Assembly (NCBI GenBank): GCA_033762295.1
Contig: JANRLW010000001.1
Coordinates: 1 to 40,726 of the forward strand
Source: Capsulimonadales bacterium
Lineage (GTDB): Bacteria > Armatimonadota > Armatimonadia > Armatimonadales > Armatimonadaceae
DNA length: 40,726 nt
Direction: 5' to 3'
This document shows, in pieces, positions 9,165 through 18,149 of the stretch. The notes under the pieces were generated by a model. That model saw nothing but the letters and a program-made list of their open reading frames with translations, did not search any database and was not told where the DNA came from. Within the stretch, counting starts at the first letter, position 1; each line of letters opens with the position of its first letter. The position numbers were made by a program, and so were the translations under genes.

Positions 9165-11324
9165 ATGGCAGCACCAACGAAAGCAAGAGTGATCGTGGTC
9201 GGCGGCGGTCTGGCCGGTCTCATGACCACCGTCAAGGTTGCGGAAGCGGGGGGAACGGTCGATCTGTTCTCCATGGTTCCGGTGAAACGGTCGCACTCCG
9301 TCTGCGCCCAGGGCGGGATCAACGGCGCGGTCAACACCAAGGGAGAGGGCGACTCTCCGGCGATTCACCTCGACGATACCGTTTACGGCGGCGACTTTCT
9401 GGCCAACCAGTCGCTGGTGAAAACCATGTGCGACGCTGCGCCGGGGATCATCTATCTGCTCGACCGGATGGGCGTCATGTTCAACCGGACCCCGGAAGGC
9501 ATGCTCGACTTCCGACGCTTCGGCGGAACGCTGCATCACCGCACCGCCTACGCCGGCGCGACCACCGGCCAGCAGCTTCTCTACGCGCTCGACGAGCAGA
9601 CCCGCCGCTGGGAAGTGGAGGGCAAGGTCAAAAAGTTCGAGTTCTGGGAGTTTCTCGGGATCGTCCGCGATGAGGGCGGCTCCGGCAAGTGCATCGGCAT
9701 CATCGCCCAGGACCTCCGATCGATGGAGATCAAAGGGTTCGCGGCGGACGCCGTCGTGCTGGCGACCGGCGGCCCCGGTATCGTCTTCGGCAAGTCCACC
9801 AACTCGACCATCAACACCGGCGCGGCGGCCGGCGCGGTCTACGAACAGGGCGCCTGGTTCGCCAACGGCGAGTTCGTTCAGGTCCACCCGACGGCGGTTC
9901 CCGGCGAGGACAAGCTCCGCCTGATCTCCGAGTCCGTGCGCGGCGAGGGCGGGCGTGTCTGGGTGCCGAAGAAACCCAACGATCCCCGACCCGGTCAGGA
10001 CATCCCGGAGGCCGAACGCGAATACTTCCTCGAGGAGAAGTACCCGAAATACGGCAACCTCGTGCCGCGGGACATCGCGACCCGCGAGATCTTCGCCAAG
10101 TGCGTCGATGAAAAGAAAGGCGTCTACGGCCAGAATCAGGTCTACCTCGACGTCACGCACATCGACCGGCGGCAGCTGGACCTCAAGCTGCGCGGCGTCC
10201 TGGAGATTTACGAGAAGTTCGTCGGCGACGACCCGCGCCACGTTCCGATGCGGATCTTCCCGGCCGTCCACTACTCCATGGGCGGTCTCTGGATCAACGA
10301 CGGTACGAATCCGGACAGCGTCCCGTACCATATGACCAATATCCCCGGCCTGTTCGCCGTCGGTGAGTGCGACTACCAGTACCATGGCGCGAACCGTCTC
10401 GGAGCGAACTCGCTCCTCTCCTGCCTTACCTCCGGCCAGATCGCCGGTCCCGCGGTCTGCAAGTACTCCGACGGCCTGGACAAACACCCCGACACGACCA
10501 ACCCGGAGTTCGCCGCCCAGACCCGCTACCGGACCGAGCAGTACGAACGGGTGAAAAACATGCGCGGCAAGGAGAATCCGTTCGATCTCTGGCGTGAACT
10601 CGGCAACAGCATGACCGAGAACATGACCGTCGTTCGCTACAACGACCGACTGGAAAAGCAGATCGAGCGCATCCGCGACCTGAAAGCGCGGTATGCGAAT
10701 ATCGGTGTCTCCGACGTCTCAGGATGGACGAACCAGGTGCTGCCGTTCACCCGCCAGCTGTGGTACATGCTCGAACTGGCCGAAGTCATGACGATGGGCG
10801 CCCTGCTCCGCAACGAGTCGCGCGGAGCGCATTACAAGCCGGAATTCCCGGATCGGGACGACGCCAACTTCCTGAAGACGACCGTCGCGGAGTACTCGCC
10901 GGATGCCCCGAAGATCTCCTACGAGAAGGTGGATGTCTCCCTGGTCAAGCCGCGACCGCGCAAGTACACGAGCGACGCCCCGGCCAAACCGGCCACGGAA
11001 CCGGCGAAATCGGGGACTTCGGTCAACGGGGTCCATGGTGTGAACGGCGTCAACGGCGTCAACGGCGTTAACGGCGTTAACGGTCATGCGAACGGAGTTC
11101 ACCCGCTCGGAACGGGCGATCAGGTGACCGGGTATACCAACGGCAAGGTTCCGGTCGCGATTCCGGGCGAGAACACGGTAACCGGCGGTGCGGGGAAGAA
11201 CGATCCGCTCTCGACCGCGCCTGCCGCCAACTTCCCGCGCGACGCCGGTTCGGGTACCGAGGGCGCTCAGTCCTCGCCGAACATGGCGAAGATCGAACCC
11301 GGCACCGGCGGCCAGAACAACTGA
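9165..11324 (+). CDS. sdhA: Succinate dehydrogenase flavoprotein subunit with a C-terminal low-complexity extension
   Basis: Motifs VVGGGLAG, RSHSVCAQGG (FAD-attachment His), QVHPT, SESVRGEG, HYSMGG, HGANRLGANSL and ESRGAH. Confidence 0.97.
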   Translation: MAAPTKARVIVVGGGLAGLMTTVKVAEAGGTVDLFSMVPVKRSHSVCAQGGINGAVNTKGEGDSPAIHLDDTVYGGDFLANQSLVKTMCDAAPGIIYLLDRMGVMFNRTPEGMLDFRRFGGTLHHRTAYAGATTGQQLLYALDEQTRRWEVEGKVKKFEFWEFLGIVRDEGGSGKCIGIIAQDLRSMEIKGFAADAVVLATGGPGIVFGKSTNSTINTGAAAGAVYEQGAWFANGEFVQVHPTAVPGEDKLRLISESVRGEGGRVWVPKKPNDPRPGQDIPEAEREYFLEEKYPKYGNLVPRDIATREIFAKCVDEKKGVYGQNQVYLDVTHIDRRQLDLKLRGVLEIYEKFVGDDPRHVPMRIFPAVHYSMGGLWINDGTNPDSVPYHMTNIPGLFAVGECDYQYHGANRLGANSLLSCLTSGQIAGPAVCKYSDGLDKHPDTTNPEFAAQTRYRTEQYERVKNMRGKENPFDLWRELGNSMTENMTVVRYNDRLEKQIERIRDLKARYANIGVSDVSGWTNQVLPFTRQLWYMLELAEVMTMGALLRNESRGAHYKPEFPDRDDANFLKTTVAEYSPDAPKISYEKVDVSLVKPRPRKYTSDAPAKPATEPAKSGTSVNGVHGVNGVNGVNGVNGVNGHANGVHPLGTGDQVTGYTNGKVPVAIPGENTVTGGAGKNDPLSTAPAANFPRDAGSGTEGAQSSPNMAKIEPGTGGQNN
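11022..11084 (+). repeat. Coding tandem repeat in the sdhA tail: seven 9-bp units encoding V(N/H)G
   Basis: VNG VHG VNG VNG VNG VNG VNG, followed by HANGVH. Confidence 0.95.
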
Positions 11325-11350
11325 TCGACGGATCGCATTCTTCGGAACGC

Positions 11351-11392
11351 GGAGCGGGCCTTCCTCCTCTCGGAACGCCCGCTCTTCCGTTT
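11351..11392. terminator. Hairpin between the convergent sdhA and dioxygenase genes
   Basis: GAGCGGGC...GCCCGCTC stem followed by a T-rich run. Confidence 0.45.
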
Positions 11393-12097
11393 TCAGGCCA
11401 GTCCTTTGAACCGGGCGTCGGCCCAGCGCTGGGCGTACTGTAACTGCATCAGGTATCGCGTCCGGTCGGAACGGTTCGGTCTGCCCCGATGCCAGGTCTG
11501 ATGGTTGAACAGGTAGACGTCTCCCGCTCGGCAGAGCATGGCCTCGGGTTCGCGCCCCTCGAATGTCGGCGGGTCTTCCGGCGGCGGCCTGCGCCCGGAG
11601 TAGTGGCTTCCCGGCACGAACTCGGTCGGTCCGTGGTCGAGCGTGTCGATATCGCTCAGGGCTACCTGCACGGTCAGCCAGAGAACCGGCATCCGTATTC
11701 GCGGATCGAACCGGGGAATCTCCGGAGGCAACGGGAACTCCACCAGATCGTCCACGTGCCAGGTCGAGATCGCCTGTCCGGGTCCGTTCCGCAGGATGTT
11801 CATCGCATTGAACCGGATTCCGGTCGTCAGGATCGGCGCGAGCAGCCCGAGCACCGTCTCCTTCTCGGTCGCGGCGGCGAACACCGGGTCAAGTTCGTGA
11901 CAGCGACGCAACACGAACGTGTCGCCGACATAGGAGAGATGCTTCGCCGCCGTCGCCGGGTCCGCCGCATGACGGTCCGTGCGTTCCCGCAGTTCGGTCA
12001 CCTCCCCGGCCGAGAAAACACCGGGAACGCAGACGCACCCGTTCCTGAAAAATGTCTCGTAGATCGCCTCCCTGTTGACTTCCTTGCCATCGATCAT
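11393..12097 (-). CDS. Phytanoyl-CoA dioxygenase family Fe(II)/2-oxoglutarate oxygenase
   Basis: WHVD (HxD), GPTEFVPGSH, AGDVYLF, WHRG and a distal Arg (RTRY). Confidence 0.9.
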   Translation of the reverse strand: MIDGKEVNREAIYETFFRNGCVCVPGVFSAGEVTELRERTDRHAADPATAAKHLSYVGDTFVLRRCHELDPVFAAATEKETVLGLLAPILTTGIRFNAMNILRNGPGQAISTWHVDDLVEFPLPPEIPRFDPRIRMPVLWLTVQVALSDIDTLDHGPTEFVPGSHYSGRRPPPEDPPTFEGREPEAMLCRAGDVYLFNHQTWHRGRPNRSDRTRYLMQLQYAQRWADARFKGLA

Positions 12098-12198
12098 ATT
12101 CCTGACCTCGTCTGCCGGATGGTAACGGAATGCCCGTACCGTTGCAGGGAGAATACCTCGCGCCGTGGCCGATCCGGCAGATCGGGCAGGGTCACTCC

Positions 12199-13191
12199 CT
12201 ATTTATGCCGCCAGCGGTCTTTCGGCTCCAGCACCGACCGTGCGCCGTCGCCGTCGAGCCATGCCTTCGCACCGGCGTCACCCCGAAGGTAGGCGTCCCA
12301 GAAGGCCGTGCTCAACGCCAAAATCGCGCGATGATGGTTCGGGTTGCGCGTCTCCCGGTCGCCGGGGAGCGCCCGATCGGTGAACGCCGAATGCTCCGCT
12401 TTCTCCAGCACCAGTTCGTACTTGCCCCCGGGCGGCAGCGCGGGATAGACCGAAAGGCGCGATGCCATGTCGATGTTGCCGATCGGTGCGGTATCGTTGG
12501 TTCCCGTCATCAGCATCCAGGGGAGTTTCACGCCTCCGAAAGCCCCGTCCGCCGTTCCGCCGTTCCGGGGACCGCTCGGACTGAAGGCGATCGCCGCCTT
12601 GATTCGCGGATCGGTGACGGAGAGACGGCCGAAGTTCTGTCCGCTGACCGCCTGGGTGGTGATCGCGCCGAACGAGTGTCCGGACATCCCCACCCGGGCG
12701 AGATCGAGCCGGCCCGCCACCGGATGACCCGACGTTTTCTGCCAGCGTTCCAGCTGGTCGAGGACCGCGGGAACATCCTTTACCCGCAGCATGAAGTTCC
12801 GCCCGTTCGCCGCCTGATTCATCGCGTTCATCCGCCGGGACGCCGGTTTGCCCTGCCAGACCGACGTATCGCTGCCGGGATGCTGCAGAAAGACGGCGAC
12901 ATAGCCGCGCGCCGACCAGTGTCGCCCCAGGTATTCGTTGCCTTTTGCGGAACCGCCCAGACCATGACTGAACAGCACGACCGGCGCGGTTGATCCGGTC
13001 GTCGGAAGATAGATACGCACCGGAATCTCCCGGTTACGGGCGGCATCCCGGACGGTCAGATCGATCGGCGCCGTCCGGTTCGGCTCCGCGATCTTCAGAG
13101 GATCATACGTCTCCTCGCGCGCCGAAACCCGTGCGCAGGACACAAAACCGGATAAAATCAAGCAGCCAAGAATAGGGTAAATCGTTTTCAT
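12199..13191 (-). CDS. Secreted or lipoprotein alpha/beta hydrolase (predicted dienelactone hydrolase/PAF-AH-like)
   Basis: FSHGLGG, nucleophile elbow GHSFG, TGTND and AEHSAF; N-terminal signal containing a Cys. Confidence 0.88.
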   Translation of the reverse strand: MKTIYPILGCLILSGFVSCARVSAREETYDPLKIAEPNRTAPIDLTVRDAARNREIPVRIYLPTTGSTAPVVLFSHGLGGSAKGNEYLGRHWSARGYVAVFLQHPGSDTSVWQGKPASRRMNAMNQAANGRNFMLRVKDVPAVLDQLERWQKTSGHPVAGRLDLARVGMSGHSFGAITTQAVSGQNFGRLSVTDPRIKAAIAFSPSGPRNGGTADGAFGGVKLPWMLMTGTNDTAPIGNIDMASRLSVYPALPPGGKYELVLEKAEHSAFTDRALPGDRETRNPNHHRAILALSTAFWDAYLRGDAGAKAWLDGDGARSVLEPKDRWRHK

Positions 13192-13356
13192 CGCCTGAAC
13201 TCCTTCAATTCACGAAGCTTACCTTACGGACGCAGGCATGACTCCCCGGTTCAGGTGAAAAACGCCATAGGCGAGACGGCCCCTTTTGGCAAAGACATCG
13301 CGCTTACTGATATCCATTAGCAAAATAAACGGTTTCCCTTCTTTTTCAACGGCGGG

Positions 13357-13362
13357 TATACT
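13357..13362 (+). promoter_or_regulatory. Candidate -10 box for a separate sdhB promoter
   Basis: TATACT in the AT-rich spacer between the divergent hydrolase gene and sdhB. Confidence 0.45.
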
Positions 13363-13449
13363 TTGTCATGGACCCTGTCCGCTGTGATGGCACGGTCGGG
13401 CCGTCGTTCGCCGACCCCGGCGTTTTGTCTTCTAGAAACGGAAGGAAGA

Positions 13450-14280
13450 ATGTTCGCTTTACCGATGTTAACCAGTGCGACCGCTCATTCCGACGGCTCC
13501 TCGTCGGGCGCCGGCACGGGCGGAACGATCGAAGTGACCGTCGTTCGACGGAAGGACGCCGACGCGCAGCCGTACGAAGAGACGTTCCTCGTCCCTTACC
13601 GCCCGCGCATGAACGTTATCTCCGTTCTGATGGAGATCCAGCGAAATCCGGTCAATAGCAAAGGCGAGAAAGTGGCGCCGGTTGCCTGGGAACAGGCCTG
13701 TCTGGAAGAGGTTTGCGGGTCGTGTACGGTTCGCGTCAACGGACGCGTTCGTCAGGCTTGCTCGTCGCTGATCGACCGTGTCGCCCCGGTGCAGGGGAAC
13801 GTTCATAAGCTGCATCTCGCGCCGATGAGCAAGTTTCCGGTCGTGCGCGACCTCGTGGTCGACCGTTCCCGTATGTTCGAGAACCTGAAGCAGATTCAGG
13901 GATGGATTCCGATCGACGGTACGTACGATCTCGGACCCGGCCCGCGCATGAGTCAGAAGGAGCAGCAGCTTGCCTATGACTTCTCCCGCTGCATGACCTG
14001 CGGTTCGTGTCTGGAAGCCTGCCCGCAGATTAACGAACACTCCAACTTCATCGGTCCCGCCGCCCTCGGACAGGTCCGCCTGTTCAACTCGCACCCGACC
14101 GGTAAACTGAACGGCGACGATCGTCTGGAAGCGATCACCGGCGACGACGGTATCGCGTCGTGCGGCAATGCCCAGAACTGTGTTCAGGTCTGCCCGAAGG
14201 AGATTCCGCTCACCCGCGCCATCGCCGAACTGCACCGCGATACCACCTGGTACCGCATCAAAAAATGGCTCGGCAAGTAG
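13450..14280 (+). CDS. sdhB: Succinate dehydrogenase iron-sulfur subunit
   Basis: Cys clusters CLEEVCGSC, CMTCGSCLEACP and CGNAQNCVQVCP. GAAGGA RBS precedes the ATG at 13450. Confidence 0.96.
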   Translation: MFALPMLTSATAHSDGSSSGAGTGGTIEVTVVRRKDADAQPYEETFLVPYRPRMNVISVLMEIQRNPVNSKGEKVAPVAWEQACLEEVCGSCTVRVNGRVRQACSSLIDRVAPVQGNVHKLHLAPMSKFPVVRDLVVDRSRMFENLKQIQGWIPIDGTYDLGPGPRMSQKEQQLAYDFSRCMTCGSCLEACPQINEHSNFIGPAALGQVRLFNSHPTGKLNGDDRLEAITGDDGIASCGNAQNCVQVCPKEIPLTRAIAELHRDTTWYRIKKWLGK

Positions 14281-14302
14281 ACCGCGCCTGACCGGCTCGA
14301 AT

Positions 14303-14333
14303 GAACGCCCGTCCCCCGTCCGGACGGGCGTTC
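14303..14333. terminator. Hairpin between the convergent sdhB and Mn catalase genes
   Basis: 12-bp stem GAACGCCCGTCC / GGACGGGCGTTC. Confidence 0.65.
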
Positions 14334-14350
14334 GCCGTTACTCGGTCCCC

Positions 14351-15283
14351 TCAGTTTCCCGCCTGATAGTAGCTGCGGGCCTGGCTGTAGACATCCTGGC
14401 CGAACAGTTTCTTCGCGATATCGGCCATCATCTCCGGATCGGCGGCCGGGGAGTCCAGCTGCGGTTCCGCCGGCAGGTCGGGCGGAGGCGCACCCTCCGG
14501 AATGCCGTCCACCACCACCAGTTCCTGTCCGTCCTCCGGATGCGGCCCGTTCCAGATATGCGCCATCTGGGTGTAGTCCTCCGGGCTGAAACGGAACAGT
14601 TTGGTATGGAGCCCCTTTGCCTGGTACTCCGCCGCCTCGGGGAACTGCTTGTTCGACGTATCGGGAATCGGCAGCAGTTTCCCGACCGCCACGCCCGAAA
14701 GCTTTTCCAGCGCCTTCGCATAGGCGACGATATGTACGCCGCCCCTCACCAGCAGGTAGCCGACCATGCGACGGGCGACCGGGTCGTCGACCATCTCGTA
14801 AACCCGCATCTTATTGGCCCGTGCGCCGCACTCCAGAAAGAAGTTGTGCAGCAGGTCCAGTTTCAGGTTTCCGGAGGAGAAGACATTGAATCCGGTCCAG
14901 GGATTGCCCATCGAATCGATTGGCAGCGCCGTTTGCCCCGACGCGATGAAATGGTAGGAGTTCCGGGCGTCCGTCGCTTCCTTGAGCGGAGTGGTCACCG
15001 GGTTCGGGTCTCGCCGGGTCGTCCCGGTGAGCAGAAGGTTGATCGTGTAGGAGACCAGTTCGATATGGCTGTACTCCTCCGCCGCGATATTGGCGATCAG
15101 GTCGTAAAACGGACGCATGGTATCGCGACCGCGAAAGTTGAACGACTGGAACGTGTAGTTCATCAGCGTCGACATTTCGCCGAATTTGCCGCCCATCAGT
15201 TCCTGGACCGCCGCCGCGCTGTTCGGAGAGGGGTTCTCCGGATAGGGGAGTTCGATCGCCAGTTTGTCGATGCGTAAGATCAT
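14351..15283 (-). CDS. Manganese catalase family protein
   Basis: Motifs QELMGGKFGEMSTLMNY, AEEYSHIELV, FFLECGAR and VRGGVHIVAY. Confidence 0.93.
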   Translation of the reverse strand: MILRIDKLAIELPYPENPSPNSAAAVQELMGGKFGEMSTLMNYTFQSFNFRGRDTMRPFYDLIANIAAEEYSHIELVSYTINLLLTGTTRRDPNPVTTPLKEATDARNSYHFIASGQTALPIDSMGNPWTGFNVFSSGNLKLDLLHNFFLECGARANKMRVYEMVDDPVARRMVGYLLVRGGVHIVAYAKALEKLSGVAVGKLLPIPDTSNKQFPEAAEYQAKGLHTKLFRFSPEDYTQMAHIWNGPHPEDGQELVVVDGIPEGAPPPDLPAEPQLDSPAADPEMMADIAKKLFGQDVYSQARSYYQAGN

Positions 15284-15406
15284 GTGAGGGCGCTTCCTTT
15301 GCCGTCGTCTCCGAACGGAAGGATTTTCCGTTCGACGCAGGTCTTCCCTGCAGTGACAGGCACAGGACGCGCCCCCTGCCGTCCGGGGTTTCGCCGAATC
15401 GCTCGG

Positions 15407-15802
15407 TCAATCCGTCATGACGTTCATATCGGGTTCCGGTTCCTCCGACGCTTCCTTTCCGTCGTTCCGGAATTGCCGGACCGCGTCCATCGCCTTCGCG
15501 CCGTACATCAACGACGGACCGCCGCCCATCAGGACCGCCACGCCGATACATTCGGCGATTTCCTCGTCGGTCGCGCCACAGGCCAGAGCCTCGTGGACGT
15601 GGAACGAGATACAGGCATCGCAACGGTCGGCGATCGCGATTCCCAGAGCGATCAGTTCTTTCACCTTCCCGGTCAGCGCGCCCGCCCCCATCGTGGCCTC
15701 GTGCAGTCCGTTGAACGCCTTCACCGTCGCCGGCCCTTTTTTCGAAAGAGCGTTCGTCTGTTTCTTCAGCAATAACCGCAGTTCGGGATAGTTCTCCGTC
15801 AT
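15407..15802 (-). CDS. Carboxymuconolactone decarboxylase / AhpD family protein
   Basis: KVKELIALGIA, CxxC motif (RCDACISFH), GATDEEIAE and MGGGP. Confidence 0.92.
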   Translation of the reverse strand: MTENYPELRLLLKKQTNALSKKGPATVKAFNGLHEATMGAGALTGKVKELIALGIAIADRCDACISFHVHEALACGATDEEIAECIGVAVLMGGGPSLMYGAKAMDAVRQFRNDGKEASEEPEPDMNVMTD

Positions 15803-15899
15803 CTGGTACCTCCGTTAGTTCGCACTCCTCCGTGCTTCAACGAAAGGATACCGCCACGACATGAGGGAATCTTCCGCCGAACGGCGTACTATTCAGGGC

Positions 15900-16856
15900 A
15901 TGAGCGATTCCCTTTCCCGTTTGCCGTCCGATTTCGTTCAAACCGTCCTCGGCCTGTGCGGTGAGGACGGCCGTCACTGGCTCCGAACCCTTCCGGATCG
16001 GTTGAACGATCTGGCCGAACGCTGGTCGCTGACGATCCTGCCGCCGTTCGATCTGTCCTTTCACTATGTCGCTCCCGCCCTACGCTCGGACGGAACGCCG
16101 GTCGTGGTGAAGCTCGGCCGCCCCGATGACGAGTTCGCGCGGGAGATGGCCGCCCTTCGCCGCTACGACGGCAACGGTATGGTCCGGGTGCTCGACGCCT
16201 GGCCGGAGCGGAACGCGCTGCTACTCGAACGTATTGTGCCGGGCACGATGTTGACCGATCTGGTTCTCGCCGGACGGGACGATGAAGCGACCGCGTTTCT
16301 GGCCGATACGATGGTTCGCATCCGCCGATCCGCGCCGACCGGCGAAGATGCCGCTCCGTTTCCGACCGCCGCCGAATGGGGCATCGGCATCCACCGGCTA
16401 CGGGAACGCTTCGACGGCGGCACCGGTCCGTTTCCCGTCGCCCTTGTCGAAGAGGCGGAGGCCCACTGGCGCGATCTGATCGCATCGACCGGGGAGCCGG
16501 CCTTTGTCCACGGTGACCTGCACCACTTCAATCTCCTTCGGACGGCGGACGGCGAGTACATCGCCATCGACCCGAAGGGCCTGATCGCCGATCCCTGCTA
16601 CGAGGTCGGTCCGCTGTTCCATAACCCGAACCCCTATTACGCGAACCATCCGGACGCCCGCAAAATGGCGGCACGACGGATCGCGATCCTTTCCGAGCGC
16701 ACCGGTTTCTCCCGCGAGCGGGTCCGCGCTTGGGCCATCGCGCAGACGGTCCTTTCCGCCTGGTGGTACATCGAGGACAGCGACGCCGACTTCGATCTCG
16801 ACCGGTTACGGGAACCGCTGCTCTGCGCCGAACATGTCGCCGCCACCGACCTCTGA
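15900..16856 (+). CDS. Aminoglycoside/hydroxyurea phosphotransferase (APH(6)-like) family kinase
   Basis: Motifs VVVKLG, LLLERI, HGDLHHFN and AIDPKG. Confidence 0.88.
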   Translation: MSDSLSRLPSDFVQTVLGLCGEDGRHWLRTLPDRLNDLAERWSLTILPPFDLSFHYVAPALRSDGTPVVVKLGRPDDEFAREMAALRRYDGNGMVRVLDAWPERNALLLERIVPGTMLTDLVLAGRDDEATAFLADTMVRIRRSAPTGEDAAPFPTAAEWGIGIHRLRERFDGGTGPFPVALVEEAEAHWRDLIASTGEPAFVHGDLHHFNLLRTADGEYIAIDPKGLIADPCYEVGPLFHNPNPYYANHPDARKMAARRIAILSERTGFSRERVRAWAIAQTVLSAWWYIEDSDADFDLDRLREPLLCAEHVAATDL

Positions 16857-17969
16857 CTCCCCGAGCGCACACAGGGCGGCGCGCAGATCGATATTGCCGT
16901 TAGGCCAGTCGAGGGGTGGCGTCTGCATCGTCCCGGCGCGACAGATCCGGCTGACCCCCGACCATTCGACCGCCTTCCGCTCCTCCGCCGCCAGTTCTCC
17001 GGCAACGCCGACACAGGAGAGCGCCCCGCGCAACGGCCGTAAAACCGCGGTCGTTTCGGTCCGGAGGTCGGCGACCGGGATCAGGTGGACGACTCCGTAT
17101 CCGGTCGGCGGAGGCAGCGGCACCGTCCCCGGATACTCGATCACCGTCCAGCGCAGTTCGTGATCCCCATAAACCCGCGCCCCGGCGAAGAGAGCCATAT
17201 CCCGAGCGTTCCGAACGGCCGCCGCGACGGCCGGATCGGTGCGCGGCGGCACGTCCCATCGGTCCGCGCCTTTTTTCAATGATTCGGTCAGCCTCGCGGC
17301 CACACCGGCGGTTCCCCCTTCACAGATCACGGACTGCAGCGACAGGCACCCTCCCTGGTCGTAGAGAAGCACATCACTAGCGAAATCTCCGGCCATCGTT
17401 TCCCCGTTGGCGGTCGCGATTCCGACACTGACGCTGTGCCCGAAGCCGAAGAACGGCACCCGGGCGGGCGTGACCGTCCGGAGTCGTTCGATCGTCGCGT
17501 CACTGCCGTAAGCGATCACGGCATCGGCCGACCGGACGAGTTCCGCCGTTCGGGGATCATCGCCCGGCCAGACATGGAGGGCGATCCGCGCCGCGACCGC
17601 CGGGGCGACTTCGGCCAGCGACTCGACAAAAAGGCGCGGCCAGAGCGTTTCGTCCCGGCTCATCTTCACCCGAACGGAAAACCCGGCGAGGAGACAGGCG
17701 CAGAGCGGCGCCCAGGACATCAGCGGCGTGTTTCCGGCCGGAATCAGCGCGGCGGTGCGTTCCTTGCGGCCCCCGGCAGCGGAGGACAAGCCGACCCCTG
17801 CGGAACGGAGTCCCGGTATCAGCGCGGCCAGGGATAGACGGACCTGGGTCCAGGGAAACGCGCTTCCGGGGGGCGGCGCCCACCCCGTGGCGAGCCGTTG
17901 TTCCCAGACCTCGCCCACCGAAGCCAGCGTGCCGATAATGTCATTTAAGGATGTTCCCGGCTGCGCCAA
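16806..17969 (-). CDS. LuxC-like acyl-CoA/acyl-protein reductase (ALDH superfamily)
   Basis: AGNTP, VKMS, VIAYGSD, GFGHSVS, catalytic DQGGCLS and SRICRAGTMQTPPLDW. Overlaps the 3' end of the convergent kinase gene by 51 bp. Confidence 0.82.
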   Translation of the reverse strand: MAQPGTSLNDIIGTLASVGEVWEQRLATGWAPPPGSAFPWTQVRLSLAALIPGLRSAGVGLSSAAGGRKERTAALIPAGNTPLMSWAPLCACLLAGFSVRVKMSRDETLWPRLFVESLAEVAPAVAARIALHVWPGDDPRTAELVRSADAVIAYGSDATIERLRTVTPARVPFFGFGHSVSVGIATANGETMAGDFASDVLLYDQGGCLSLQSVICEGGTAGVAARLTESLKKGADRWDVPPRTDPAVAAAVRNARDMALFAGARVYGDHELRWTVIEYPGTVPLPPPTGYGVVHLIPVADLRTETTAVLRPLRGALSCVGVAGELAAEERKAVEWSGVSRICRAGTMQTPPLDWPNGNIDLRAALCALGESEVGGGDMFGAEQRFP

Positions 17970-18016
17970 TCGATTTCACTGCTCCTATGGGCGGTTCCGC
18001 ACGGTGGCGACAGCGG

Positions 18017-18022
18017 TATAAT
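18017..18022 (+). promoter_or_regulatory. Candidate -10 box upstream of the ARC ATPase gene
   Basis: Perfect TATAAT in the divergent spacer. Confidence 0.5.
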
Positions 18023-18149
18023 ACGGCACAAGGGTTGCGGGAACCACGTTCCGATAGACGGGCGTACAGCCAGCGTACCATTTCTCCCCGGCGGATGAGA
18101 GGGTACGTCTTTTGGTGTCCCCCCCTCCTGAAGGAAAGCGCATTAACGC

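Noticed and set aside
8205..10487. 760-aa minus-strand ORF
   Set aside because: Antisense shadow of sdhC/sdhA, expected with GC-rich codon bias; no recognisable motifs.
15900..16856. Streptomycin-resistance gene call
   Set aside because: Only family-level kinase motifs are visible. Such chromosomal homologs are widespread and there is no mobile context.
16806..17969. Bioluminescence (lux) operon
   Set aside because: No luxA, luxB, luxD or luxE gene is present in the window.
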